Shown here piece after piece: positions 9,101 through 18,135 of a stretch of 64,000 bases of DNA. The stretch is from a virus (taxonomy: Duplodnaviria > Caudoviricetes). Position 1 is the first letter of the stretch; every line of letters starts with the position of its first letter. The DNA is taken from positions 54,495 through 118,494 of the IMG/VR virus record IMGVR_UViG_2671180292_000001; one strand, given 5' to 3'. Below the pieces are notes generated by a model that saw nothing but the letters and a program-made list of their open reading frames with translations, was not told where the DNA came from and did not search any database. A program made the position numbers and the translations under genes.

Positions 9101-11734
9101 GACCGTGAGGGTCTGGACGGTGCCGACAGGGATGCTGCTCGGCGTGACACCGGCGGCGGCGATCTGTGTCCCGCCCACGAGCATGCGGAAGCTGCCCGTG
9201 CCCTGGCAGCCGTCGTCAGGACCGGTCCGCTCGACGCGGATGCTGGCGGTGACGGTGGCGGTCCCGGCGTCGCATGCGGGCCGGTCGGCCTGCACGCTCG
9301 CGGCGAAGGTGCGCACGAGCTGGGAGGTGCCGTCGCCGGGTGGGGCGTCGTCGGGCGGGATGATCAGACTGCCGCCCGACCACAGGGCGGCGGCGCCGCC
9401 GGCGACGGGTTCCTGCCCGGTGCCCGGGAAGACGCCGGCCGGATCATTGTCGGTGACCGTGGGGGCAGGCCCACCGTCGCCCGGCAGGTCGCACACCAGC
9501 AGCGTCGAGGTGTCACGGCACGGCTCGGGGCACACGCCAATGGTCGCGCCGCCCGGGACCGCGACTGGCCCGCCGGTGACGGCGTCGACCAGCCGCGGCG
9601 GCCCGGCCGGGTTGCCGTCGCCGTCGTAGACCTGCTCGGCGCGGATGTGCTGCAACACGCTGCCGTCGGTGTTGATGACGCACAGCGGCCACGTCTCCAC
9701 ATCGGCGCCGCCGGTCTCGGACCGGCAGGCGACCAGCTCGCCGCCGTCGGGGAGGTCGGCCTCCTCGCCCGTGGACAGGTCGATCAGGCGCTGGACGGTC
9801 AGCTCGCCGGTCTGGTCGTCGTAGACGCGCTCTGCGAGCACCTGCCCGGTGATCCCGCCGCCGGCGTCCTGGATGCACAGCAGCACGGTCTCGACGTCGA
9901 GGCGGGTTTCCGGAGGCGGCGCGGGGCAGCATTCGGCGACCGGCTCGCACAGGCCGACCTCGCCGGTGGGGGTGTACGGCTCACCGTCGAGGGTCGTGTC
10001 CGTGGTGGCGACCACCTCGCCGCTCTCGCAGTCGACGGTGACGGTGCGCATGAACTGGCGCGTCTGGACCATGGCGATGTCGAGACGGCCGGTGATCCAG
10101 TTCGCGCCGCCAATGTCGCGGACTTCGATCTCGATGGTGTTGGGGCCGGCGGTGACGGGGATCTGCGCCGTTCCCGAGGTGGCGGGCTGGTTCCACTGCC
10201 CGTACATGCCTGCGTCGGTGTTGTTCACTCGCACCCGGGCGCCGCCGTCGCCGCGGAACCCGACCGAGGAGACCGTCGCGACCCCGTCCTGCGGCGCGAG
10301 GAAGGTCTTGCGCATCACCCACCGCAGCGGGGCGCTCTCATACCCGGCCCAGGGCCCGACGTTGGGCCCGGCCGACATGTCGGAGCGGGCGCCCATGTAG
10401 GCGGGGTTCCCGGGCGGGTGCACGGCCGGGTACGGCAGCGGCTGCTCGGGGCCGAAGCCCGGCTGGCCGGTGAAGGCCACGATCTCCCAGCCGTCGTCGC
10501 CGGGCCGGTTGATCGGGTCGAACACCGTCAGGGCTTCCTGCTCGGCGGTGTCGCACAGCAGGACGGTGGTGGTGTCGCGGCAGGGTTCGGCGTCGGGCTG
10601 GCACAGGCCAACCTCGCCGGTGGGGGTGTAGGGGGTGCCGTCCAGCAGGTAGTCGGAGTGCCCGGTGATCTGCCCGTTCTCGTCGCGGGCGTAGTCCCGC
10701 ACGAACACCGTCACGCCGCCGTCGCCGGCGGTGTCGCACATCTGCAGCAGGTCACGCTCGGGCTGCTCCACCCCGGCGGGGCAGGTGGTCACCTCGCCCT
10801 GCGGGACGTAGGTGGCGCCGCTGGTCGCGTCGACCAGCCGCACGGACGCGACGTCGCCGTCCGGGCCGTAGGTGTACTCGACCAGCACCAGGCCCAGCAC
10901 GTCGCCGGTGACGGGGGCGACGTCGCAGAAGACGCCGGCGGTAGTGATGTTGCGCGGGTTGCCGCACGCCATCGTCCCGGCCGGCGGATCCCCCGCGCTG
11001 TAGGCGCCGGTGGTGAGGTTGAGCCAGCCGTCCTGTCTGACGGTCCCGTCGCAGTCGCGGGTGACCACCACCGCGATCGGCGTGCCGTCCGCCAAGCACA
11101 GGCCCACGGTCGCGGTGGGGGTTGTCGGCTCTTCACACTCGGTCGAGGTCGCGCACACCCGCACGGTGCCGGTGACCAGGTGCGGGGCCTGCCCGTCCAG
11201 CGCGACGTCCTCATAGCTGGCCGTGCCCGCCAGGAACGTGTACCGGCGGAGGAACGGCCCCGAGTCGTCACACAGCTGCAGCGTCTCCGACTCCGGGCAG
11301 CCGTACGTGCACTCCACTGGCGACACAGGCGCATACGGCGTTGAGGGGTCCGACTGGTAGGTCAGGACCAGCTCAGCCGTGCCATCCGCGTGCACGCACC
11401 ACAGCTCGCTGTAGGTGGCGTCAGCGGCGCCGTCGCCGTCGGTGTCATCGCACCGCTGCACACAGATCGTGTCGACGCAGCCCGTCTCGCATGGCCCGGC
11501 ATCGGCGGGGAGCACACCCGGGGTGAACACGCCAGCGGTGTCGAGCCAGCCGACAACAGCGGGATCCTCGGCCTCCTGACCGCATTCGACGCAGCCGGAG
11601 CGGACGACAGCGAGGATCGTGGTACCGTCCGCCCGGCACAGCGCGGTCGAGGCGATCGACGGGGCGCAGCAGGTCGTGACCTCAACCGGCTCACCGCCCC
11701 CGCCAGGCGAGCAAGGAATCGGCTCTACGGCCAC
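6200..11734 (-). CDS. Giant Cys-rich modular repeat protein (putative virion fibre/decoration) with inserted beta-sandwich domains
   Basis: 1844 aa with many LCD...PFLR.Y...D..LDG.PY...G.VG.C repeats, lying between the capsid and tail genes. Confidence 0.75.
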   Translation of the reverse strand: MAVEPIPCSPGGGGEPVEVTTCCAPSIASTALCRADGTTILAVVRSGCVECGQEAEDPAVVGWLDTAGVFTPGVLPADAGPCETGCVDTICVQRCDDTDGDGAADATYSELWCVHADGTAELVLTYQSDPSTPYAPVSPVECTYGCPESETLQLCDDSGPFLRRYTFLAGTASYEDVALDGQAPHLVTGTVRVCATSTECEEPTTPTATVGLCLADGTPIAVVVTRDCDGTVRQDGWLNLTTGAYSAGDPPAGTMACGNPRNITTAGVFCDVAPVTGDVLGLVLVEYTYGPDGDVASVRLVDATSGATYVPQGEVTTCPAGVEQPERDLLQMCDTAGDGGVTVFVRDYARDENGQITGHSDYLLDGTPYTPTGEVGLCQPDAEPCRDTTTVLLCDTAEQEALTVFDPINRPGDDGWEIVAFTGQPGFGPEQPLPYPAVHPPGNPAYMGARSDMSAGPNVGPWAGYESAPLRWVMRKTFLAPQDGVATVSSVGFRGDGGARVRVNNTDAGMYGQWNQPATSGTAQIPVTAGPNTIEIEVRDIGGANWITGRLDIAMVQTRQFMRTVTVDCESGEVVATTDTTLDGEPYTPTGEVGLCEPVAECCPAPPPETRLDVETVLLCIQDAGGGITGQVLAERVYDDQTGELTVQRLIDLSTGEEADLPDGGELVACRSETGGADVETWPLCVINTDGSVLQHIRAEQVYDGDGNPAGPPRLVDAVTGGPVAVPGGATIGVCPEPCRDTSTLLVCDLPGDGGPAPTVTDNDPAGVFPGTGQEPVAGGAAALWSGGSLIIPPDDAPPGDGTSQLVRTFAASVQADRPACDAGTATVTASIRVERTGPDDGCQGTGSFRMLVGGTQIAAAGVTPSSIPVGTVQTLTVTGQVPAADLAAGTVRLFGLMETYQLALAACPGSGPGGARVGGWVLDEATVTVAYDQDGCAQQVLATVVTDCQSGEVTSVTYTTSDGQPYNPVGQIGACTTAGGQCCPAEPCRNSTTVLLCDIPTDGAAGEPTVTDLPAPPGGMFPPIGGTGTYRALAGGGAALWSGGSLAFPAEPGTGNIEQTYRTVEASVQADRPACDDGTATVTVSVHVTQLGPDAGVGYSGALRLFDAGRQMLGNRSVPTDVPAGWDGVLTVTASVPAVQLAAGQIGVHLDLETGHGVTRKSWTADAFNISYAYDVAGCATQILRTLTVDCATGEVVQVSDTTLDGAPYEVTGQVGQCQAAGGGECCPPPPPEHRVDVEPDVLCIQDADGEILGQVLVERVYDDQTGDRVVQRLTDPTTGDEVELPAGAELVLCQELACPVAFSTECVGIVERSEASYDNTSLIGGVPGQCGGIQGPGGQFPCQPTTGGLTITSWIVNGEEVIGDGGRSFAGGPCGEGTPGNLGMHHNWALALTNLDPSGATWSAQNQPGCAWFVGSTGGTQTVYGPMVVEDVDGREWTLTPAQSCQETQVTKVYSQGCDGTVSVSWLDADGVATDAPEGQQVPCGTGCSAGGGRGLDVEPVVLCDTPEDGPSVPFLRHFSYGSAGQVAGVIDTALDGATPYVPTGTVGRCQPDPAEGRDVELVSMCVVDNTTGSVLARILAEVTYDTATGERLSVDYVDPLTWGPVPVPGGASITTCPDPEPGPDVELLALCDVTEDGTTPFLRHLRYNTAGEVIASADTALDGTTPYTVTGEPGQCATAEGEAPECTAQHVIEACRCDDTDGDGIGDVDYVELIAVDSCSGELASLGTYLPDLTGPYEPVAPVECPVGGAPSARGVQAHRVELAPGQTWDLSAHVLVQSVTVTAHGGTALITTADGTSTLYAGESVTWSVVRDEDAALTGTFMTEAGPGTVTVAYTRITAS

Positions 11735-11737
11735 TGG

Positions 11738-12226
11738 TCACCCCTCAGTGTCGGTGTGTGCCTGGCGGCGGTGCGCGGACGCGCGTCCTTCGGTTGCGTA
11801 GGTGCGTTCGCAGATCCCGCAGGGATACCGCTCGGTGGTCTGCTCGGCCGCCGCGGTGTCCTCGGTGGGTTCTGGTGTCACCGCAGGCTCGGGATGCAGC
11901 CCAGCCTCGCCCGCAGGCACGGGCTCGATCACGTGCTCGATCACGGGCTCGACATCCCGCCCGGGCTCGGCCTCCCCGTCGGTTGGTGGTGGTGCCTGGC
12001 CCCGGCTGTCCCCCTCCCAAGGCACGGCAGCAGGACCAGGCACCACGTACGGACGGCCATCCACTAGGGCTTCCGTGAGCAATGCCTCGGGGATGGCCGT
12101 GAACAAGGCGGCCGGGACGCCAAACTCGGTCTCAGACACAGTCCGCAGCTTGGGGGTCTGAGCCACGGCCCACCGGGCGAACTCCCGCCGCAGATGCCGG
12201 GCAGGCTGAACACGAATCATGCTCAT
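11738..12226 (-). CDS. Hypothetical protein with a C-terminal C2H2-like Zn finger
   Basis: YPCGICERTYATEGRASAHRRQAH; ATGA overlap with the upstream gene. Confidence 0.65.
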   Translation of the reverse strand: MSMIRVQPARHLRREFARWAVAQTPKLRTVSETEFGVPAALFTAIPEALLTEALVDGRPYVVPGPAAVPWEGDSRGQAPPPTDGEAEPGRDVEPVIEHVIEPVPAGEAGLHPEPAVTPEPTEDTAAAEQTTERYPCGICERTYATEGRASAHRRQAHTDTEG

Positions 12227-13041
12227 GGGCAGGTCGTCACCTTCACCGCGCACACAACGCACGTCGTCGCCGGAACATAAGTCCTCTCAGCTAAGACGCG
12301 CCTGTCGTTAAACCGAAGATCAAGAGATGCGCCGCTGCTGTTCGGGATGATGTCCAGCGGCCCCCGCCGAACCTCCACCGGACCAGAGATGTACAGCCAC
12401 GCCGTACCCGGCTCCGCCGGAGTCCCATCGGGGCCAGTGTTCGCCGCCGAATACCCGGCGCCGACGACGACGCAATGCCCGGTGAGCGTCCGCAGCCTCT
12501 CCCCTTCCCGGTGGGCGAGGTTGCAGCAACCCAGCAATGCCGCCGCCCCGGCCGGAACGTGCAGCACGCCAGTACCGCCATAGGACTCGGCTAGGCAGCC
12601 CTCCAACGCGGCCACCCCTTGGGCGATGTTGACCGGCCCACCAGCCGGGGTCAGATCAACCGCATCAGGAGCGAGGACGTTCGTCCAGAACCACTCCTCC
12701 AACGCGTGCTGTTCCCCGAGCAGCATCATCGCCCGGACGTGCTCGATCGCTTCCTCGTAGCCCAGGCCGAACGTTGAGCACTCCACCCCCGCGTACAGCG
12801 TGACCGGCCCGGCCGATTCGACCTCGGGCCGGCAGAACTCTTTCGCGGGGACCGGGCCACCGTCTGGAGGGCACCAGTCAGTGTCACGGACGGGGCAGCA
12901 CCCGAGACCGAGCCACTCGACGCCGAGCAGCTCGTGTGGGTCGTCCACGTCGATGACCCTGGTACAGCCGCCGAGAATGCCGTCTGGCAGCGGCGTCCCC
13001 GCAATGGCCTCGACGCGGCGGCGCATTCCAGCAGGGGGCAT
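12223..13041 (-). CDS. Putative major capsid pentamer / minor capsid protein
   Basis: Downstream of the hexamer-type capsid gene; EQHALEEWFW, GVLHVP, VVVGAGY, VLAERTY pattern. Confidence 0.6.
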   Translation of the reverse strand: MPPAGMRRRVEAIAGTPLPDGILGGCTRVIDVDDPHELLGVEWLGLGCCPVRDTDWCPPDGGPVPAKEFCRPEVESAGPVTLYAGVECSTFGLGYEEAIEHVRAMMLLGEQHALEEWFWTNVLAPDAVDLTPAGGPVNIAQGVAALEGCLAESYGGTGVLHVPAGAAALLGCCNLAHREGERLRTLTGHCVVVGAGYSAANTGPDGTPAEPGTAWLYISGPVEVRRGPLDIIPNSSGASLDLRFNDRRVLAERTYVPATTCVVCAVKVTTCP

Positions 13042-13169
13042 CGTTACCCCCCCGCAATCTGTCGGTCGAAACCTCTATGAATAGAGGAGCGTTCAACAGA
13101 ATGAGGGGGCCGACGGCGTTGCGACCGCCGCCGACCCTGACCGAACCCTTGTGTGGAAGGAGTCCGGCC

Positions 13170-14567
13170 ATGAGCGAGCTTACGCTGCCTGGAAACACCA
13201 CAGCGGACAGCCCTGCCGTGAACGGCAAGCCCGCAGTGAACTGTGGTGACTGCGGCGTCGTCATCTCCGCTAAGACGCGGAAAGCTCACGCAAACTGTTT
13301 CCGGCAGTACCGGAACCCGGAATGGATCGCCGCCGACCCCAATCGCTGCGCTATGCCCCTCCTGAGCGGGGAACGCTGCCCCGAGCCGATCAAAGGCCGC
13401 GACTGGTGCAACAAGCACCTGCAGCGGTGGAATAAGCATGGCGACCCCACCGACACCAGCGGACGCCGGGAGAAGGGCGAACTCCTCGCCTTGGTCCAGC
13501 AGGCCGCCAAGGGAGACACCGACGAGTGCATCCTCGCCCCGTGCGAGCGCAGCAGGCCGAGCCTGATGTACCGGGGTAAGCCCATGGGGGCGGCTCGCGC
13601 CGTCTGGTGGGAAGCCAACGGCAGCGACCCCGGAGACAAGCACCTGCGGTTCACGTGCGGGCGCGGCGACGACGGCTGCATCAATATCCGGCACCTTGAG
13701 CTGGACGTCCCCGACGCGGATGCAGTCTGCGATGTGTGCGGCGATCCCCCTACGCCGGACAACCGGCTCAAGGGCGGCAAGCACATCAACTACTGCTACC
13801 AGTGGGCTCGCAGGAACAACGCCAGCAACCCACAGTGCATCACCCCAGGCTGTGATCGCCCCTCGAAGGGCGGTGAGATCAAGGTCTGTGACCGCTGCTA
13901 CCAGCGCATCCAGCGCGGAAACGACCCCGCCGAGCGGCCGTTCCACCAGCAGAACAAGGGGAAGCAGTGCAAGGTCTCCTGGTGCGAGGAAGATGCCGAG
14001 GTGCTCGGCTGGTGCCGAGACTGCTACGGCTGGTGGTGGCGTAACGGCGGCGACCCGAATGATCGTCGCTACCGGTACAACCGCAGCGTTGACGACATCA
14101 TGGCGATCGTCATGGGCATCACCCCAGACCCTGCGACGGGATGCCGGGACAGCACGGGCATTTTCCCCCAGGATCCGTGCGGGTATCCGGTGACCAGCGT
14201 CGAAGGCAAGAGCGGCGTGAGGGTCACGCGACTGGTGCTCAGCCTCAAGCTGGGCAGGCCGCTGAAGCGTGCCACGCATGCCTGCCATACGTGCGATTAC
14301 CCGCCGTGTGTCGAGCCGTCCCACCTGTGGGAAGGCACCCCGGCCGCCAACAGCCATGACCGGGACGCGAAGGGCCGGGGAGCTCGCGGGGAAGGCAACG
14401 GCCGGTCGCGTCTCAACAAGGGCGCGGTCCGGTTCATCCGGGACACGTGCATGCTCGGCACGCACCAGTTCGACAGCAACGTCGCCGAGTTGGCGCACAT
14501 GTTCGGGGTCAAGCCGCAGGCGATCCGGGATGTGGTGCATCGCCGGACGTGGCGTGACGTGCCGTAG
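13170..14567 (+). CDS. Free-standing HNH homing endonuclease with multiple Zn-ribbon repeats
   Basis: HACHTCDYPPCVEPSHLWEGTPAANSHD...GEGNGRSRL. A second degenerate HNH (CINIRHLEL) and repeated C..C...WC.KH..RW...GDP motifs. Antisense to the capsid operon, with a GGAAGGAG RBS. Confidence 0.85.
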   Translation: MSELTLPGNTTADSPAVNGKPAVNCGDCGVVISAKTRKAHANCFRQYRNPEWIAADPNRCAMPLLSGERCPEPIKGRDWCNKHLQRWNKHGDPTDTSGRREKGELLALVQQAAKGDTDECILAPCERSRPSLMYRGKPMGAARAVWWEANGSDPGDKHLRFTCGRGDDGCINIRHLELDVPDADAVCDVCGDPPTPDNRLKGGKHINYCYQWARRNNASNPQCITPGCDRPSKGGEIKVCDRCYQRIQRGNDPAERPFHQQNKGKQCKVSWCEEDAEVLGWCRDCYGWWWRNGGDPNDRRYRYNRSVDDIMAIVMGITPDPATGCRDSTGIFPQDPCGYPVTSVEGKSGVRVTRLVLSLKLGRPLKRATHACHTCDYPPCVEPSHLWEGTPAANSHDRDAKGRGARGEGNGRSRLNKGAVRFIRDTCMLGTHQFDSNVAELAHMFGVKPQAIRDVVHRRTWRDVP

Positions 14568-14650
14568 AGCATTCGGCATCTGCCCTTCACCTCCTCTCAT
14601 AGGCATGGGGCCCCGTCCGGCAGATTCGGGCGGGACCCTGTGCGGGGAGA

Positions 14651-16291
14651 TCAGGGGATGGGGCAGGTGAGTTCGGTCTGCGCGCCGGTGGCACCGGACG
14701 GGCAGATGGGGAGGGTGATGAGGCGCAGGTCCGGCCCCCTGTTGATCAAGGCGACGCACTCTTCGCTAAAGATTGCGGTGTAGTCGTTCGTCTTGAACTT
14801 CTCCTGCGAGTGGATCACGCCGAGGCTGATCTCACCGCCACGGCCGATCTGCAGCGACCCCGCCACGTACATCAGCATCTGGATCTCAGCCGGCCATACC
14901 GTCGCCGGAGTAGGACCGCCGATCTCGTCCGGGACTGCCGGACCCAGACCGCGGGCCCACTGGATACCGACACCCAGGGTCGCGAACAGGTTGACGAGGT
15001 CCTGCACGCGGACCTCGGACAGGGAGCGGCCGTTCTGCCGGGCCAGGTCCGCCAGCATCAGTGAGCGGGACCACCAGGGCAGGACAACCTCGATGTTGAT
15101 GCTGTCACACAGGGAGTGCCGCTCCACCATGTCCGCGGCCTGCAGCGCGATAGCCGCGTAGATCGCGCTGAGGGCGCCGAAGGTCTCCGGGAGCGCGACC
15201 GGGGTTGCCTGCGCGACGGCCTGCTCGAACAGGTGCTGCCGGATCCGCAGCTCGTGGGCGACCATGACGGCCTTCTGGTACCAGGCGACCAGCTCAGGGA
15301 AGTGCCGCTGCGTCAGAATGCCCGATTCGAGACAGACACCGACGGCGTCACATCGGACTTCGACGGGCTCCGGGCAGGGGATCTTGAAGCAGGGCTTCTC
15401 TGTGCCCGCAATGTCGTCCGCCTCGGTGTGGACGAACGTCATGCTGGCGACATCCAGCGACGGGATCGGGAAGTAGCGCAGCCCGCCCCGGGCGAGCTGG
15501 ATCTCCGGCGCGTCCCACAGCATCTCCGGGCAGGCGACCTGCGCCAGGTCGTACACCGTCTCCGACGGCGCGCACCAGCCGCCGGACGCGACGATGTCCC
15601 CGCCAGACAGGCGGGACTGGTCGGCGGCGAGGATGACCGCCCGCGTGCCCTCCGTACCACTGGAGGAGTCGTTGATGATGAGGGATTTGTCGAACGGCAG
15701 CCGGTACGACGCGGTCAGACCGACGCCCCCGCCCGCCGTTTTGAGGGCGTTGGCGCGGCGGATGATGCCCTCGGTGACGCCGTCCATGTCCAGCGCCTGG
15801 CCCGGCTGGTAGCCGGGGACGTCCACGCTGGCGGTGATCTCCGGGCGCGGGTTCGGGTCCGGCGGCAGCACACGCGGCTGCCTGCGGCGGACCCCGGACA
15901 GGTCCAGCACCGGCCGGCGCGGGGCGATGACGGCGGTGGCAGCGACCTCGCGGGGCTCCGGCTCCGGGTCGGGGGTGGCGGCGGCTTCCACCTCGCCCTC
16001 CCCCTCGCCGTCCTCGGCCTCATCGTCGTCGTCGGGGGTGGTGCCGCGGACCTGGGCGGCGAGGGCGTCGATCTCGGCGGCGGCCTGCTCGGCGGCTTCC
16101 CTGCGGGCCTGCTGCTCGGCGCGGATGTCGTTCACCGCCGTGGCGAGCGTGCGGAGCTGCTCCAGATCGTCGGGGGTGACGGTGGAGGAGTTGGAGCGGG
16201 CGTCGAAAGCCTGGACCGCGCCGTCAAGCAGCGCGGCGAGTTCGTCGTCGGGCAGGCTGGTGATGTCCTCGGGGAGCTCGAATGCGTCCAC
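14651..16291 (-). CDS. Major capsid (hexamer-type) protein with N-terminal coiled-coil scaffold region
   Basis: ASGGWCAPSETVYDL and ARGGLRY motifs typical of this actinophage capsid type. GTG start after GAGGGAG. Confidence 0.85.
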   Translation of the reverse strand: MDAFELPEDITSLPDDELAALLDGAVQAFDARSNSSTVTPDDLEQLRTLATAVNDIRAEQQARREAAEQAAAEIDALAAQVRGTTPDDDDEAEDGEGEGEVEAAATPDPEPEPREVAATAVIAPRRPVLDLSGVRRRQPRVLPPDPNPRPEITASVDVPGYQPGQALDMDGVTEGIIRRANALKTAGGGVGLTASYRLPFDKSLIINDSSSGTEGTRAVILAADQSRLSGGDIVASGGWCAPSETVYDLAQVACPEMLWDAPEIQLARGGLRYFPIPSLDVASMTFVHTEADDIAGTEKPCFKIPCPEPVEVRCDAVGVCLESGILTQRHFPELVAWYQKAVMVAHELRIRQHLFEQAVAQATPVALPETFGALSAIYAAIALQAADMVERHSLCDSINIEVVLPWWSRSLMLADLARQNGRSLSEVRVQDLVNLFATLGVGIQWARGLGPAVPDEIGGPTPATVWPAEIQMLMYVAGSLQIGRGGEISLGVIHSQEKFKTNDYTAIFSEECVALINRGPDLRLITLPICPSGATGAQTELTCPIP

Positions 16292-16318
16292 GGGTCTCTC
16301 CCTCTTGCGGGGTGAGAG

Positions 16319-16340
16319 CCCGGCCCACATACCAGCGGCT
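16319..16340 (-). promoter_or_regulatory. Late-gene leader motif copy 2
   Basis: AGCCGCTGGTATGTGGGCCGGG, 28 nt upstream of the capsid start. Confidence 0.6.
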
Positions 16341-16365
16341 ACCTAAAAGTTCATGCTAATGCTAT

Positions 16366-16400
16366 CGGTCCGGGTCCTGCTTGCGGCAGAACCCGGACCG
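16366..16400. terminator. Hairpin upstream of the capsid leader
   Basis: cggtccgggtcctgc-ttgcg-gcagaacccggaccg, a 15-bp stem with one mismatch. Confidence 0.55.
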
Positions 16401-16405
16401 CATGG

Positions 16406-16795
16406 TCAGGTGCGGGCGCCGGTCCGCTCCAGCTCGTCAGCGACGCCTCGCAGCGCTCCCGCCACACGGCTCCAGAACTCGGCCTGGTCGAAGTCGGCGC
16501 TGACCCCGAGGGCATGGCCAGCGTCTGGCTTGCCGGTGAGAGTGATCGGAACGTCGACGGTGGCGACCTCAGCCTCCTCGGTGTTGCCGATCCGAAGGTA
16601 GATCGGGAGGGTGCCGACGTTGACCGCCTGCCCGGCCGGGGACGGCTGCTCGACGGCTTCCATCCCGGCGTCCCCTCCGGCTTCCTCGCGGCAGACCTTG
16701 CACAGGCCGAGGCCGCCGCACCGGGCGACAGCGGTCGGCTTCGGCTGGCTGGTATCGATCACCCCGTACGGGTGGCCGTGCCTGGTATACGGCAT
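16406..16795 (-). CDS. Hypothetical protein
   Basis: GGAGG RBS; ARCGGLGLCKVC motif. Confidence 0.6.
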   Translation of the reverse strand: MPYTRHGHPYGVIDTSQPKPTAVARCGGLGLCKVCREEAGGDAGMEAVEQPSPAGQAVNVGTLPIYLRIGNTEEAEVATVDVPITLTGKPDAGHALGVSADFDQAEFWSRVAGALRGVADELERTGART

Positions 16796-16807
16796 CGCCG
16801 CCTCCTA

Positions 16808-17092
16808 TCAGATGAAGTCGGTCTCGGACACGGGTGCCCATGCGACGCTGTCTTGCCGGTATGCCGTCCGGATCTCCGTCAGGGCGGCGCGGAGACTGTC
16901 CACCTCGTGCTGGTGGATGCCAATGCACCAGCAGCAGTTCTGCCACGGCACGGCCGGCGCCGAGAACCAGTGCCCGTACATCTCGGCCGCGTGCGTCCTG
17001 ACCGTCGTGTCGATCTCGTTGACGAACGCGGCCCACTCGCGCTGGGCGAGCTTGTCGTCGCTGTTGCCGATCGACACGTACACGGTGAGCAT
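16808..17092 (-). CDS. Hypothetical protein (MLTVYVSIGNSDDKL...)
   Basis: Coupled ORF in a run of small genes. Confidence 0.6.
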   Translation of the reverse strand: MLTVYVSIGNSDDKLAQREWAAFVNEIDTTVRTHAAEMYGHWFSAPAVPWQNCCWCIGIHQHEVDSLRAALTEIRTAYRQDSVAWAPVSETDFI

Positions 17093-17292
17093 CAGCCGGC
17101 CCGGGCTTCCGTAGAGAGCTGGTGCAGCGCCTGCTCGGCGGCCTTGCGGCGTTGCGCGGGGATGCCGGTATCGCAGCACGCCTCACGCCGGAACAGGCCA
17201 TCCGGCGGGTCGGTGTTCTCGCCGTGGTACCGGCACTGCGCGGGAAGGGACTCCAACGCGGCACGGATGACAGCGAGATGCTGTGCGGTCAT
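17092..17292 (-). CDS. Hypothetical protein
   Basis: TGATG-coupled small ORF. Confidence 0.5.
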   Translation of the reverse strand: MTAQHLAVIRAALESLPAQCRYHGENTDPPDGLFRREACCDTGIPAQRRKAAEQALHQLSTEARAG

Positions 17293-17540
17293 CAGGTGGG
17301 GTTCCCTTCCTCGTCGAGCTGGTCTGCGTGAGCAATGATCCACAACGCCTGGTAGGACCCGGTCTCGTACAGGTGCGGGGACTCGCCGAGTGCGTAGAAC
17401 GCGCCGGACTGGCCGTGCCAGCCGACCTGACGCAGCACCATGCGGTACGTCTCGCCGTTGGAGTGGACATGGGTGACGGTCCGTTCCTCGCCGGGCTCGT
17501 GCTGGCCCCGGTACGGGCGGCGGTCCTCAGGCGTGGCCAT
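17292..17540 (-). CDS. Hypothetical protein
   Basis: TGATG-coupled small ORF MATPEDRRPY... Confidence 0.5.
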   Translation of the reverse strand: MATPEDRRPYRGQHEPGEERTVTHVHSNGETYRMVLRQVGWHGQSGAFYALGESPHLYETGSYQALWIIAHADQLDEEGNPT

Positions 17541-17866
17541 CAGACGCGCTCCGGCCAGTGCCACGTCCCAGGCAGGTACCGGCCCTCGACCGGCTCGTGA
17601 TGCTTGCACGTGTTGAAGAACAGCCCGGTCGGGTTGTGCACCTCCAACACGCACGCGTCCGGGTGCCACTGCTCGGTTACTTCCCGCAGCTTCACGTTGT
17701 CCTCGGAGATGTACGGTGCGCGGACAACCGCGGGGACCCACGCGCCGACCTCGGTGATGACGGCGGCCCGGCACACCGACTGGTACGCCTGGCTGCCGTC
17801 CTCCCGCACGGGCGTGCCGTGGGACACGTAGTGGACGACGCGGCCGACGCTCGGCGTCTGGCTCAT
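17540..17866 (-). CDS. Hypothetical protein (PSVGRVVHYV type)
   Basis: MSQTPSVGRVVHYVSHG...GTWHWPERV, a recurrent small actinophage protein. Confidence 0.7.
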   Translation of the reverse strand: MSQTPSVGRVVHYVSHGTPVREDGSQAYQSVCRAAVITEVGAWVPAVVRAPYISEDNVKLREVTEQWHPDACVLEVHNPTGLFFNTCKHHEPVEGRYLPGTWHWPERV

Positions 17867-18135
17867 CGGGCATCCTCCTTGACTGGTGTGCCGATCGTGG
17901 CTTCCATCCACACGCCGTCGTCGTACACGTGGGCGGTGAACGGAAGCCCTTTCGCTTCCGCCATCCGCATCACCATCTCCGCTGACCGCGCATGAATCAG
18001 GCCATGCGCCCACCCTTGGAGCTCCAGCGACTTCCACATCTCGCCGAGCGCCCACCCGCGCACGAACTCCTCGTTGTCGGTGTCGAACGGCAGGACGAGG
18101 CCGTATTCCTTCTCGTCGTTGCTTTCGCTGCTCAA
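17863..18135 (-). CDS. Hypothetical protein
   Basis: Overlap-coupled ORF. Confidence 0.55.
   Translation of the reverse strand: MSSESNDEKEYGLVLPFDTDNEEFVRGWALGEMWKSLELQGWAHGLIHARSAEMVMRMAEAKGLPFTAHVYDDGVWMEATIGTPVKEDAR

Noticed and set aside
3700-11140. DGR-like template/variable repeat pair between the 363-aa and 1844-aa genes
   Set aside because: The similarity is ordinary paralogy with differences not confined to adenines, and no reverse transcriptase was recognised in the window.
6656-11344. 1562-aa plus-strand ORF (also 19490-22261, 5019-6188, 53685-54962)
   Set aside because: Antisense shadows of real high-GC3 genes, with no recognisable motifs.
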